Shown here piece after piece: positions 20,198 through 29,368 of a stretch of DNA of 64,000 nucleotides. Each line of letters begins with the position of its first letter. Position 1 is the first letter of the stretch. The notes under the pieces are model-generated. The model worked only from the letters and a program-made list of their open reading frames with translations. It made no database searches and was not told the DNA's origin. Location: the NCBI GenBank assembly GCA_963663165.1, contig OY760175.1:2720001-2784000 (forward strand), in the 5' to 3' direction. Source of the stretch: an uncultured Desulfospira sp. (lineage in GTDB: Bacteria > Desulfobacterota > Desulfobacteria > Desulfobacterales > Desulfobacteraceae). The position numbers were made by a program, and so were the translations under genes.

Positions 20198-21733
20198 TCA
20201 GCTGGGCCGGGCCACCAGGACCGGCACCTTTGAATGCCGGATCACGCCCTGAGCCGTGGAGCCCAGGAAAAAGTCTTCAAGGCCGTCCTGGCCGTGGGTG
20301 CCCATGATGATCAGATCAAAGTTGCCCTGTTGGGCTTCCCGGACAATTTCATCCACCGGGTCTCCGGTTCTCACGATGATATTCTCTTCGGCCAGGGGGC
20401 AGGTGGGGATTTCCTCCAGAACTTTTTTGGAGGTCTTTCTGATTCGGTCACGGACAGTCTCTTCTGCCTGCGCCACCGCCTGCCGGTCCATTTTTTCTTT
20501 TTCTTCTTTGTCCATCTGGCCTGAAAGGTTCATGCCGGCCTGGGAAGACTCCGCCTCCATGGGATCGCCGACCACATGCATGGCCCATACCTTGGCATTG
20601 AACTTATTGCCGATGGTGCAGGCGTACCGGGCGGCAAACTTGGCCGTGTCCGAAATATCCGTGGCAAACAGGATCTTTTGGATATTCATGGTCATGGGGC
20701 CCTGGATGGTCTCTTCCGGGGCTTTGGCCGGCGGGGCGGAAGGGGCCGCTTCTGTTTCGTCTTCGGTTTCTTTCAGGGGGCCAAAAATCCTGCTGGTAAA
20801 CTTCACATACCAGGCCGCGGACTGGACCTGTATAATATAGGCCACCGCCACCACTAAAGCCGCGCTGGCCCCTTCTTTGCCGAATGCGTTAATGGCAATG
20901 GCAAGAGCAATGGACAAATTGCGCATCACCGATCCGTAGACCAGGGCAATGGCATCGCCTCTGGGCAGAAAGTACTTGCCCACCATACTGCTCAATACAT
21001 AGTTGAGCCCGTAGATGATCACCAGGGGAATTAAGATGTAGAACAGCATGGCCGGGGCTGCGGCAATGCCCTTGGCCTTAAGGGCCATGGCAATGAACAC
21101 GATGCCGATCACCCCTAAGGTGGACAGGGCCGGGAACTTGGGGCCGATATTCTTTTGAAAGGATTTCATTCCGTACTTTTTGACCAGGTGCCGGCGGGTC
21201 AGGAATCCGGCCGCCATGGGCAGAAAAACAATGATCACAATCTGCTGCATGACCTTGGCAAAGTTGATCTCAATGGAGGCCCCCATGAGCAGTTTAACGT
21301 AAAACGGGGTGGCAATGGAGCCTAAGGTCAGCCCGATCACGGTCATCTTGACGGCAGCGGCAATGTTGCCCTTGGCAAATCCGGTCCAGGAAATGGTCAT
21401 GCCCGAAGTGGGAACCAGGCCGGCCAGAAGAAGCCCTAAGGCCATATACGGCTGGTTTCTGAAAAATATCAGGCCGGCCACCCAGGCCACAAAGGGAATA
21501 ATGCCGAAGTTGATCACCTGGGTTAACACCTGGGCCTTGCCGTCACCGCCTTCAAACACCTTCTGGATGTTTAAGGTGACCATCATGGGGTAGACCATCA
21601 GAAAGGTAAAGGGGATGATCATGCCCTTGAGAAACTGGGCATCAAATATAATCCCGAAAATGAACCCCGAGACCATCATGACCGGGATAGCGATAATCAG
21701 ATTTTTTGAAATTTTACCTAAGAATTTCCACAT
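20198..21733 (-). CDS. ACR3/bile acid:Na symporter-family transporter fused to a universal stress protein domain
   Basis: MVYPMM, PTSGMTISWT, RNLSIALA and multiple TM helices; C-terminal KILFATD...DLIIMGTHG..FLGSTA..V..PVLV. Confidence 0.85.
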   Translation of the reverse strand: MWKFLGKISKNLIIAIPVMMVSGFIFGIIFDAQFLKGMIIPFTFLMVYPMMVTLNIQKVFEGGDGKAQVLTQVINFGIIPFVAWVAGLIFFRNQPYMALGLLLAGLVPTSGMTISWTGFAKGNIAAAVKMTVIGLTLGSIATPFYVKLLMGASIEINFAKVMQQIVIIVFLPMAAGFLTRRHLVKKYGMKSFQKNIGPKFPALSTLGVIGIVFIAMALKAKGIAAAPAMLFYILIPLVIIYGLNYVLSSMVGKYFLPRGDAIALVYGSVMRNLSIALAIAINAFGKEGASAALVVAVAYIIQVQSAAWYVKFTSRIFGPLKETEDETEAAPSAPPAKAPEETIQGPMTMNIQKILFATDISDTAKFAARYACTIGNKFNAKVWAMHVVGDPMEAESSQAGMNLSGQMDKEEKEKMDRQAVAQAEETVRDRIRKTSKKVLEEIPTCPLAEENIIVRTGDPVDEIVREAQQGNFDLIIMGTHGQDGLEDFFLGSTAQGVIRHSKVPVLVARPS

Positions 21734-21754
21734 ATGTTTTGGGGTCCTTTTGAT

Positions 21755-21817
21755 TTAGGGGGTTAGGCTGAAGGGGGACACTATCCTTCAGTCTAACAGC
21801 CTTCAGTCTTCAGCCTA
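21755..21817. repeat. TTAGGCTGAAG / CTTCAG(T/C)CT repeat array
   Basis: Seen directly; similar arrays near 16555, 23925-24030 and 28815-28890. Confidence 0.75.
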
Positions 21818-23912
21818 CTTTTTCCAAACTTGGAAAAAGTTTCATGTCCGTATGGGGCAGGAACTGGGCCTGGATAAATTCGTCCATGAACCGGCTGGAA
21901 CTTGAAAAATCCACATAGGTCATGGTGTTGGAAATTTCCACGGCCTTTCTTCTGTAATCCCTTGACATCAGGGCCATGTAGGCCCCGGCCACAGAGCTGT
22001 TGCCCATGTATTTGAATTTGTCCCGGTCAATGTCCGGCAACAGGCCGATGCTCACCGCTTTGTCAATGTTCAGGTACTGGCCGAATCCGCCGGTGATGAT
22101 AAATTGTTCCACCATGGAAAAGTCCATGCCGATGCCTTCAAGAAGAGAAACAAAACCGGCATAAACGGCCGCCTTGCTCAGCACCAGGCTGCGGATATCA
22201 GATTCCGTGAAAATAATGTCGTCACTGGTATCTGCGTTTTCACTGGATTCAATGATAAAGGCCGGTTCCTCTTTAAACCGGGTCATCCTCGGATGGATGT
22301 CATATAAAAGAAACTTTCCGTCCTGGCCGATGACGCCCTTGTCCAGCATTTCCGAGAGCAGATCAATCATGCCTGACCCGCAGATGCCCCGGGCCGGTTT
22401 GTTCTCAACCGTTGAATAGTCCGGGTCAAAGGTGTTGGGGTTGAGGCTGATTTTTTCAATGGCACCGTCCTCGGCCCGCATGCCGAAACGGATCCCGCCC
22501 CCTTCAAAGGCAGGCCCGGCCGAACAGGCCGCAGTCATGAGAAATTCTTTAGAGCCTAAGACAATCTCACCGTTGGTACCGATGTCGATAAACATGGTTA
22601 AGGGGTCTTTATCGTAAAACCCCGTGTAAAGGACGCCCGAGACAATATCCCCGCCCACATACCCGGCAGGACCGGGCATGATGAATACCCCGGCATAATG
22701 GGCGGCTTTCAGCCCGATTTCCCCGGCCTTGATAATGGGGAATTCCGACACCGTGGGGATATAGGGTTCCCGGCGGATATAGGCGGCTTCAATTCCCAAG
22801 GCCAGGTGAACCATGGTGGTATTGCCGGAGATGACCACGTTCTCAATCTGGTGATGGCTCTCTTCAAGGCTGTCCAGGGCCCTTAAGGTCAGGTTGTTGA
22901 TGGTGGAGATGGCCATTTTTTTAAGCTTGGCCACCCCGTCCTTTTCAGAGCAGACGATCCGGTTGATCACATCATCCCCGCAGGCGGCCTGGCTGTTATG
23001 GCCCGAGGCCCCGGAGATGATTTTCCCGGTGACCATGTCCACAATATAGACCACAATGGAGGTGGTTCCGAGATCCACGGCAAGCCCTAAGGACCTTGAG
23101 GCCTCATGGGCGGGTTTGACCTCCACAATTTCAGAGGAACATTTTTTCACCAGGACAGACACTTCCACATGCCAGTTGTCTTTCCGCACGGCCTGGGTCA
23201 GCTGCCGCATGACCCGGATGCTGGCGCTCATCCTTTCAATATCACAGCCGTTCTGTTTGAGACCCCGCTTCAGGCGCTCAAGATCGCTGACCGTATCATC
23301 AAGGCTTGGGGGCGCCATTTCCAGAATATATTTTTTCACCATGGGGTCCGGTGTCAGGACCAGGCCGGACAGTTTTTCAGTGGCCTCTTTGCCCATACCC
23401 ACGGCCTTGAGCTTTTTCTCTAAGGTCTCTTCAGGAATCCGGACCGTCACATCGCCCGTGACAATGGCCTGGCAACTTAAAACCATGCCTTTTTGAAGCT
23501 CCATATCCGTAAGCAAAGAGGTATGGGTTCCGTTTTTAACACTGCCGGATTCCACGATCAATTTGCATTTGCCGCAGGAGCCCTTGCCGTTGCACGAGGC
23601 ATTGACATAGACATCGGCTTTCCCTGCCGCTTCCAGCAGGTTGGTCCCGGCAGGGACCTTGACGGTCACATCCTGGGGCTGAAAACTAACCGAACAGGCC
23701 GAAGAATCATCGTCAGCGGCCTGGGCTGCTGCGGCTTTTTTTTCAGTTTTGTCAAACCCCTTTTTGGAGATGAAATGGATGGGGCAGGAAGATCTATATT
23801 TACAATATATATCCGGGTCCCGGCACTCCAGGCAGTCTTCGCACAGATAGATCTGGTGCTTCATACAAAGATAATTGGTTTCGCGGTCAGGATGATTGAT
23901 GCAAGTGCCCAT
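21810..23912 (-). CDS. ASKHA-family corrinoid reductive activator (RACo-like) with 2Fe-2S domain and extra N-terminal Cys/His domain
   Basis: CNGKGSCGKC, DLGTT, SGNTTM, GYVGGD, DIGTNGE, CSAGPAFEG, GICGSG. Confidence 0.9.
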   Translation of the reverse strand: MGTCINHPDRETNYLCMKHQIYLCEDCLECRDPDIYCKYRSSCPIHFISKKGFDKTEKKAAAAQAADDDSSACSVSFQPQDVTVKVPAGTNLLEAAGKADVYVNASCNGKGSCGKCKLIVESGSVKNGTHTSLLTDMELQKGMVLSCQAIVTGDVTVRIPEETLEKKLKAVGMGKEATEKLSGLVLTPDPMVKKYILEMAPPSLDDTVSDLERLKRGLKQNGCDIERMSASIRVMRQLTQAVRKDNWHVEVSVLVKKCSSEIVEVKPAHEASRSLGLAVDLGTTSIVVYIVDMVTGKIISGASGHNSQAACGDDVINRIVCSEKDGVAKLKKMAISTINNLTLRALDSLEESHHQIENVVISGNTTMVHLALGIEAAYIRREPYIPTVSEFPIIKAGEIGLKAAHYAGVFIMPGPAGYVGGDIVSGVLYTGFYDKDPLTMFIDIGTNGEIVLGSKEFLMTAACSAGPAFEGGGIRFGMRAEDGAIEKISLNPNTFDPDYSTVENKPARGICGSGMIDLLSEMLDKGVIGQDGKFLLYDIHPRMTRFKEEPAFIIESSENADTSDDIIFTESDIRSLVLSKAAVYAGFVSLLEGIGMDFSMVEQFIITGGFGQYLNIDKAVSIGLLPDIDRDKFKYMGNSSVAGAYMALMSRDYRRKAVEISNTMTYVDFSSSSRFMDEFIQAQFLPHTDMKLFPSLEKVG

Positions 23913-24032
23913 GATCTCTCCTTTGTTAGGTGGTTAGGCTGAAGGTGTTTGTTGAAGTTTATTAAAGTTATCCCGTACCCTTCAGTCTTCAGTCTAAACG
24001 CCTTTATTAGGGTTATAGGCTGAACCTAAGGT

Positions 24033-24509
24033 TTATAGCTTTTTAATTAATTCTTCAAGTTCTTTAAGGTCGGCCTCGTCAGGATGGCCTATGGCTGCCG
24101 GAGCATCGGGAAGCCATCCCGGAGGTTCAGGCTTCTGGCTTACCTTTTCAAGGACCTTGGGGTTCACCTCACCCTGGCAGGTGAATACGCCGGCCACATC
24201 TGCATTATTGGTCATCTCCACAGCATGCTGTATGGCGTTTTTCACATGATCCGAGCCCCTGGCCGCACCATGGGTGGCAAACAGAAAAATTCGCGACTGG
24301 CTGCCAAGGCCGGCCAGAAACGCCTGGGATTTGGGATCGGGCTTGCCGGCCATGAGCCAGAATCCCACCGCCACCAGGTCGTATCCGTCTGGGTCCGGGG
24401 CCTGGTCAACGGGAAAAAGGTCTTTTCCCCCATCCAGGGCATCATATATTTTTTCGGCAAGCTTCTGGGTGTTGCCGCTTTGGCTGGAATAAACAATCAA
24501 TGTTTTCAT
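24033..24509 (-). CDS. Flavodoxin-family protein
   Basis: YSSQSGNTQKLA, GFW, FATHGA, GHPDEADL. Confidence 0.88.
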   Translation of the reverse strand: MKTLIVYSSQSGNTQKLAEKIYDALDGGKDLFPVDQAPDPDGYDLVAVGFWLMAGKPDPKSQAFLAGLGSQSRIFLFATHGAARGSDHVKNAIQHAVEMTNNADVAGVFTCQGEVNPKVLEKVSQKPEPPGWLPDAPAAIGHPDEADLKELEELIKKL

Positions 24510-24617
24510 TGGTATTCTCCTTGTTATGTCAGGTGGTTGGGCTCAAGTGTATTGAATCGCCTGTAAAACTGTTGCATTGGCTTCCAAATTTTTCCTTTTC
24601 AGCCCAACCCCCTTTTT

Positions 24618-26693
24618 TTAGTTTTCAGTCTCCAGCTTCCGGTCTCCAGTCTCCGGTTTCCGGTCTCCTGTTTCATACCCCATTGGCAGCTTCTTGAACC
24701 GGCCGCCGTAAATAATGGGATCACCCTTATACCCCAGGGCTTTAAAGTTAATATAATCGGTTTTGTTGATCAGGTGTTCCACATCCCTTCCCTTGGATTT
24801 CATAAAGGAAAAGTCGGTTCCCTTCTGGGCAATGGCTTTAAAATCCACATTCCGGTTATCCTGGTGGCACCGGTTGCAGGTTTGATCGCCCTTCAGGCTT
24901 TCATGGCACTGGACACAGGACAGGGCCATGTCTGCGGGCATGACTTCATGCTCTAAGCGCCAGTACATCCAGGTCTCTTTCCATTTGTATGATCCGGAGT
25001 AGGGCAGGTCCACGGCGTTCATGCCGTCCTCAAAGGCCTTGTCCCAGTCCAGGTTTTTCCAGTAAGCGGTTTTGTCCTCCTTGTTTCTGGGAAACAGGTG
25101 GGGAATCAGGATGGTTTCATGGTCCGCATCCACGGCCTGGATGCCTTTCATGATCTTGAAGGGCGTGATTTTGGACGAGGGATCCTTCATAGAGCCCACC
25201 GGTGTCGTCAGGTTGATGACAGCGGCATTGAGATCCACGGTATCCCCCATGAGAACCCGGTCCATATATCCTGAATACCACTGATAATCCGGGACAGCGG
25301 ATTCCTCCCATTTAAACTCGCCTTTTTTCCAGTCATAGTCCGGCTTTCCGTACTTATCCATCTGGGGTTTTCTCTTTTTGTCCCCGGCCTTGGACCAGTC
25401 CCAGAAGGTCTTGGTGGGCTTGCACTTGGCAAACACAGGGGAATGGCAGACATTGCAGTCCAGGGTTTTGCTGTGGCTGTTCAGGTGATGATCTAAGAGG
25501 CCGCCGCTGTAATGGGGCGCCTCACCATGACAGTTTTCGCATGACACCGCCCCCTCGGCCACAGGGACCGACGTACTGCGGCCGGAAATTTTATGGTTCC
25601 GGGTCTTATGGCATTCAGTACAGGCAAAATCATATCCGCCCATGTGAATGTCACAGCTTCGTTCAGGGTTGAGCAGCTGCCGGGACATGTCGGCGTGTTT
25701 GATGGCGTCCCCGCCCCCGCCGTTAAAGTGGCAGGAACCGCAGGAAGCCCGGCCGGAATGCCCCACGTTCTGGGCCACCATTTTCAAATCCACCTCTTTT
25801 TTGGGCATGCCGGCTCCCGGCGGGTCTTTCTGGTAAGTGCCCGTGGTGTCGTGGCAGACCAGGCAGTCCATTTTTGTCTTATCGGTAAAATCAAAGTTTG
25901 CGTCTTTCCATCCATATCCGGCATGACAGCTTGTGCAACGAGCCTCGTTGCTGATGGGGCTGATTCAATAGTTGTTCAGGGCCGTGGTGCCCTTGCCGTG
26001 CAGGATGTCCTTTCGATGCCCCGTGGTATAAGGTGAAGGGCCTTTCCAGAGCCAGTGGGCGCTTGTCAGCATGTCTTCTGCCTGGGTGTCGTGGCACCTG
26101 AGGCATTCTGCCGTAACCTGAAAGGGATCAGCACCGTCGGGCAGGTTGACCAGTTCTTTGTGGTTGGGAACATTTTTTAAATGGCATCCCTTGCAGTCTG
26201 TGGGCCCTTTGGCCTCATCCTTGTGGCATTCCATGCACTGCTGGTGGTAGGCGGCTTTCAGCCCGATCCGTTCGGGATGGTCTTCATCAAAGGCCTCCTG
26301 GTGGCAGGCCGAACACCGTGTGGTTTCTAGGGCAGCCTCATCTTTTGGCCGGTAATGATGGCATTTGGTGCAGTCCTGAATCAGGGCCGCATGCCGTTTA
26401 TGGGCAAACCGTACCGGTTCGTAATGGTCTTCTCTTTGTTTGATGACGGGGCTGTCCAGGAGAAAATAAACATCGGTAATATCTGATAAAGACAGGCCCT
26501 CTTTTAAAAGACGCATCTTGCGGGCGATCTGGTCTTCATTTTTGTACTCACTGACAAAGGGGACCGTTTCCAGGGTCCTTGCCTTGGCCGCTTCCTGGTC
26601 CGGGGCACGCCAATCCTTGGCGGCCAGGCAGACAGCGGTTTGCAAAAGCAGCAAACTCAACATTATGAGCCCAACCGTTAAGTTCCTATTCAT
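24618..26693 (-). CDS. Predicted selenocysteine-containing 13-heme cytochrome c (tetraheme c3-like domain plus octaheme tetrathionate-reductase-like domain), 691 aa
   Basis: ORFs 25965-26693 and 24618-25871 share a frame, separated only by TGA (25965-25967) in GK..NNY*ISPISNEARCTSCHAGYG; 13 CxxCH; signal peptide. Confidence 0.85.
25927..25964 (-). promoter_or_regulatory. Candidate bacterial SECIS element
   Basis: GCAACG-AGGCT-CGTTGC stem-loop starting 14 nt after the TGA, G near loop start; lower CAGC/GCTG stem. Confidence 0.7.
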
Positions 26694-27886
26694 GATACCT
26701 CCTTGGTTGTTTGCAAAACAGGTAAATAGGTTACAACAATCCTGTAAATGAACATCAGCGTGGCAATCAGGCCGAAGGTCACCATCATTTCCCCGATGGA
26801 GGGGAAATAGCCCGGATCACTCAAGGGCGGTTTAAACCCCACAATGAACACGTTGATCCGGTTGAGCACCACACCGCCCACAATGAGGGTGGCCGCTGTG
26901 AAAACCCCTTTTCGGGAGGTTCTTATTTTTTTGGCCAGCAGCATGGCCCAGGGAATCATAACCCCGAATACCATTTCCACGATAAAGGAATTGGTCTGGG
27001 CGGTCCCGTCCAAAAGATAGGTCCAGGTGCCCCGCACTGCCATATCCCCGATTTTCAGGGCCATGTAAATTCCCAGGAGGACAATGGTGATCCGGGTCAG
27101 CGGCGACAGGATATTCATTTCAGAGTCCAGTTTAAACGAGGAGGTGGCAAGGGTGGTTTCAAATACCACCATGGGATACCCCACGGCAAAGGCCGAGGTT
27201 AAAAACAGCAGGGGCAGGATGGGCGTGTACCACAGGGGATGCAGTTTGGTGGGGGCAATGAGCATCAAAGACCCAAGGCTTGACTGGTGCATGCAGGACA
27301 GCACCACCCCCAGGATGATCAATATCCACATGATTTTGTCCACTATGGCGTCTCCGATTTTCAGGACCGCTTCGATCAGGCCGTTGAGTCCGGCAAAGGG
27401 GCCGGGCAGGTTCACCCGCCCCTTGAACTGTTCGGCCACGATGGGGAAAAATTCAAGGTAAAGCACATTCAGGTAGCACATGACACACATGGCCACCTCA
27501 AATAGAACCGAGTTGGGGTTCCAGTTGAACATGGGCTTCCAGATGGCCCAGGACCGGCCAATGTCCACCATGAGCCCCAAGACCACAAAGGTGTAGCCAA
27601 GGACTGCCGTCAACAGGGCCGGCCGGGTGACGGGTTCGTAATAATGGCGGCCGAAGATATGGGCCAGGGCGGCGGTGGTAAATCCGCCGGCGGCCAGGGC
27701 CACCCCGGTGGCCACATCCACGCCGACCCACAGGCCCCAGGGCCTGGCCGTACTCAGGTTGGCCACATAGCCGATACCGCCGGTAAACCGGGCCATGATG
27801 GCGGCAAAACCAGCCGCCATAAAGGCCAGCATGACCAGGACCCCCGGGGTCCAGAAGGGCCTGTTTAAGGGACTTGCTTTATGCAT
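26690..27886 (-). CDS. NrfD/HybB/HmcC-family integral membrane subunit
   Basis: [43 protein letters not shown]. Confidence 0.9.
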   Translation of the reverse strand: MHKASPLNRPFWTPGVLVMLAFMAAGFAAIMARFTGGIGYVANLSTARPWGLWVGVDVATGVALAAGGFTTAALAHIFGRHYYEPVTRPALLTAVLGYTFVVLGLMVDIGRSWAIWKPMFNWNPNSVLFEVAMCVMCYLNVLYLEFFPIVAEQFKGRVNLPGPFAGLNGLIEAVLKIGDAIVDKIMWILIILGVVLSCMHQSSLGSLMLIAPTKLHPLWYTPILPLLFLTSAFAVGYPMVVFETTLATSSFKLDSEMNILSPLTRITIVLLGIYMALKIGDMAVRGTWTYLLDGTAQTNSFIVEMVFGVMIPWAMLLAKKIRTSRKGVFTAATLIVGGVVLNRINVFIVGFKPPLSDPGYFPSIGEMMVTFGLIATLMFIYRIVVTYLPVLQTTKEVS

Positions 27887-28802
27887 GGCCGCCTCCTTTC
27901 TCGTCTTTATTTTTGCCGTCAGCCTTGTTGAAACCGAACATGGCAACCCCGAGCAGCCCAAACAGGGCGATGGGGGACCACAGGTAGCTGAACAGGGAAT
28001 GCTGGATGGTTTCGGACAGCTCTGGAGACGGTTTGTCCGGCAGGACCGGCAGGTTGACCTTTTCAAAGGGAACCGCTGAAATATAAAGCCAGGACGTGCC
28101 GCCCACCTCTTTTTCCCCGTAAATATGGTTAATGTATTTGCCCGGGTTTTGAGTTACCCGTTTTCTGGCCACCTTGAGCAGGGTCTCTCTTTTGCCGAAG
28201 GTCAGGGCTTCGGTGGGGCAAATGGTGGCGCACCCGGGAAGCCCGCCGTCTTTTGAGATCCGGTCGTAGCAGAAGGTGCATTTCATGACCTTGGGGGTGA
28301 CCGGGTCAAAATATTCATAGGCCGGGATTTCAAAGGGGCAGGCCACCATGCAGTACCGGCACCCGATGCACTTGTCGGCATTGTACCGGACAGCGCCGGT
28401 TTCATCTTTGGTCAGGGCCCCCACAATACAGGCCGACACGCAGGCCGGGTCCTGGCAGTGCATGCACTGGACCTTGGCAAAGGTGGGCAACGGTTTGTCA
28501 AACTGGTCCAGCTGCCCTGTGAAATACCGGTTGACCACGGTATAAGCCTTGTCATCGGGCCGTCGTTTTTTCTCAAAGATGGTACACTGGCAGTTGGGCC
28601 GTTCCGGGGCCGGCAAATGGTTCACCTGGGCACAGGCTTCCTCGCATTTGCGGCAGCCCACGCACCGGGTCAGGTCCACCAGGCACCCGTAAGGATCCGG
28701 GGGCGCTTTGGACTTCCAGGCGTTGGCAGATGAAGGCGTTGCCGCGACGGTTGCGCCGGCGGCCCCCATGAATTTGAAAAAACTTCTTCGGGTCAGTTGC
28801 AT
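27879..28802 (-). CDS. Tat-exported multi-[4Fe-4S] protein (HybA/HmcB/NrfC-like)
   Basis: TRRSFFK Tat motif; CVGCRKC, CMHC..PAC, CIGCRYC..ACP, KCTFC; C-terminal TM. Confidence 0.92.
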   Translation of the reverse strand: MQLTRRSFFKFMGAAGATVAATPSSANAWKSKAPPDPYGCLVDLTRCVGCRKCEEACAQVNHLPAPERPNCQCTIFEKKRRPDDKAYTVVNRYFTGQLDQFDKPLPTFAKVQCMHCQDPACVSACIVGALTKDETGAVRYNADKCIGCRYCMVACPFEIPAYEYFDPVTPKVMKCTFCYDRISKDGGLPGCATICPTEALTFGKRETLLKVARKRVTQNPGKYINHIYGEKEVGGTSWLYISAVPFEKVNLPVLPDKPSPELSETIQHSLFSYLWSPIALFGLLGVAMFGFNKADGKNKDEKGGGHA

Positions 28803-28895
28803 TGGACCTCCATTGGTTAGGTTGTTAGGCTGAAGGGGTTTAGGCTTAAAGGGTGTCAATCCCTTCATGCCTATCAGTCTTCAGTCTATCCACCT

Positions 28896-29132
28896 TTAGC
28901 TTCCGGTTCCCTTCCGGATACCAAGGCAGATACAATCGGGTTGTTTCCGGTGATATAGCAGTTCATCCTCTGACCGCAGGATGATGGTGGCCAGGGTTTT
29001 TGCCACCTCCTCATCTTTCAGGATGACCTCAAGACGTTCACCTTTTGCCATGGCGCTCAGACGGCTTTTGCACTTGAAAAGATCAAGGGGGGAAACAATG
29101 CCCCGCAAATCCAGAACAAGTTTTGCCGCCAT
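28896..29132 (-). CDS. TusA/SirA-like protein lacking the canonical Cys
   Basis: LDLRGIVSPL...GERLEVIL; GGAGG RBS. Confidence 0.7.
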   Translation of the reverse strand: MAAKLVLDLRGIVSPLDLFKCKSRLSAMAKGERLEVILKDEEVAKTLATIILRSEDELLYHRKQPDCICLGIRKGTGS

Positions 29133-29174
29133 AAGGCCTCCTGTTAATGTCTTCAATCGTCCAACACCTGAATT

Positions 29175-29190
29175 AGCAATGGGTGTGCCA
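29175..29190 (-). promoter_or_regulatory. Sigma54 -24/-12 promoter
   Basis: TGGCAC-ACCCA-TTGCT on the minus strand, ~40 bp before the tusA-like start. Confidence 0.88.
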
Positions 29191-29261
29191 TGGCGAATTA
29201 AAATCATAAGTCGTTAATTTTGTATAAAATTTATAAAATCACACCCCCCATGGTGTTAAAG

Positions 29262-29317
29262 CACATGTTAAAATTTGTTTTGACACATGTTAAAATTAAA
29301 CATATTTTTAACATGTG
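29262..29317. promoter_or_regulatory. Putative activator (UAS) sites
   Basis: CACATGTTAAAATT at 29262 and 29284; inverted TTTTAACATGTG at 29306-29317. Confidence 0.65.
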
Positions 29318-29368
29318 TTAAATTGGCCGTTGCAAACATAAACAGGCTGCCGGATCAGGGGGGATGGA

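Noticed and set aside
24618..26693. Cytochrome as a nonsense pseudogene or two separate genes
   Set aside because: The stop is TGA at a conserved Cys with a SECIS-like hairpin, the intervening codons hold a heme motif, the second ORF has no signal peptide, and there is no other decay
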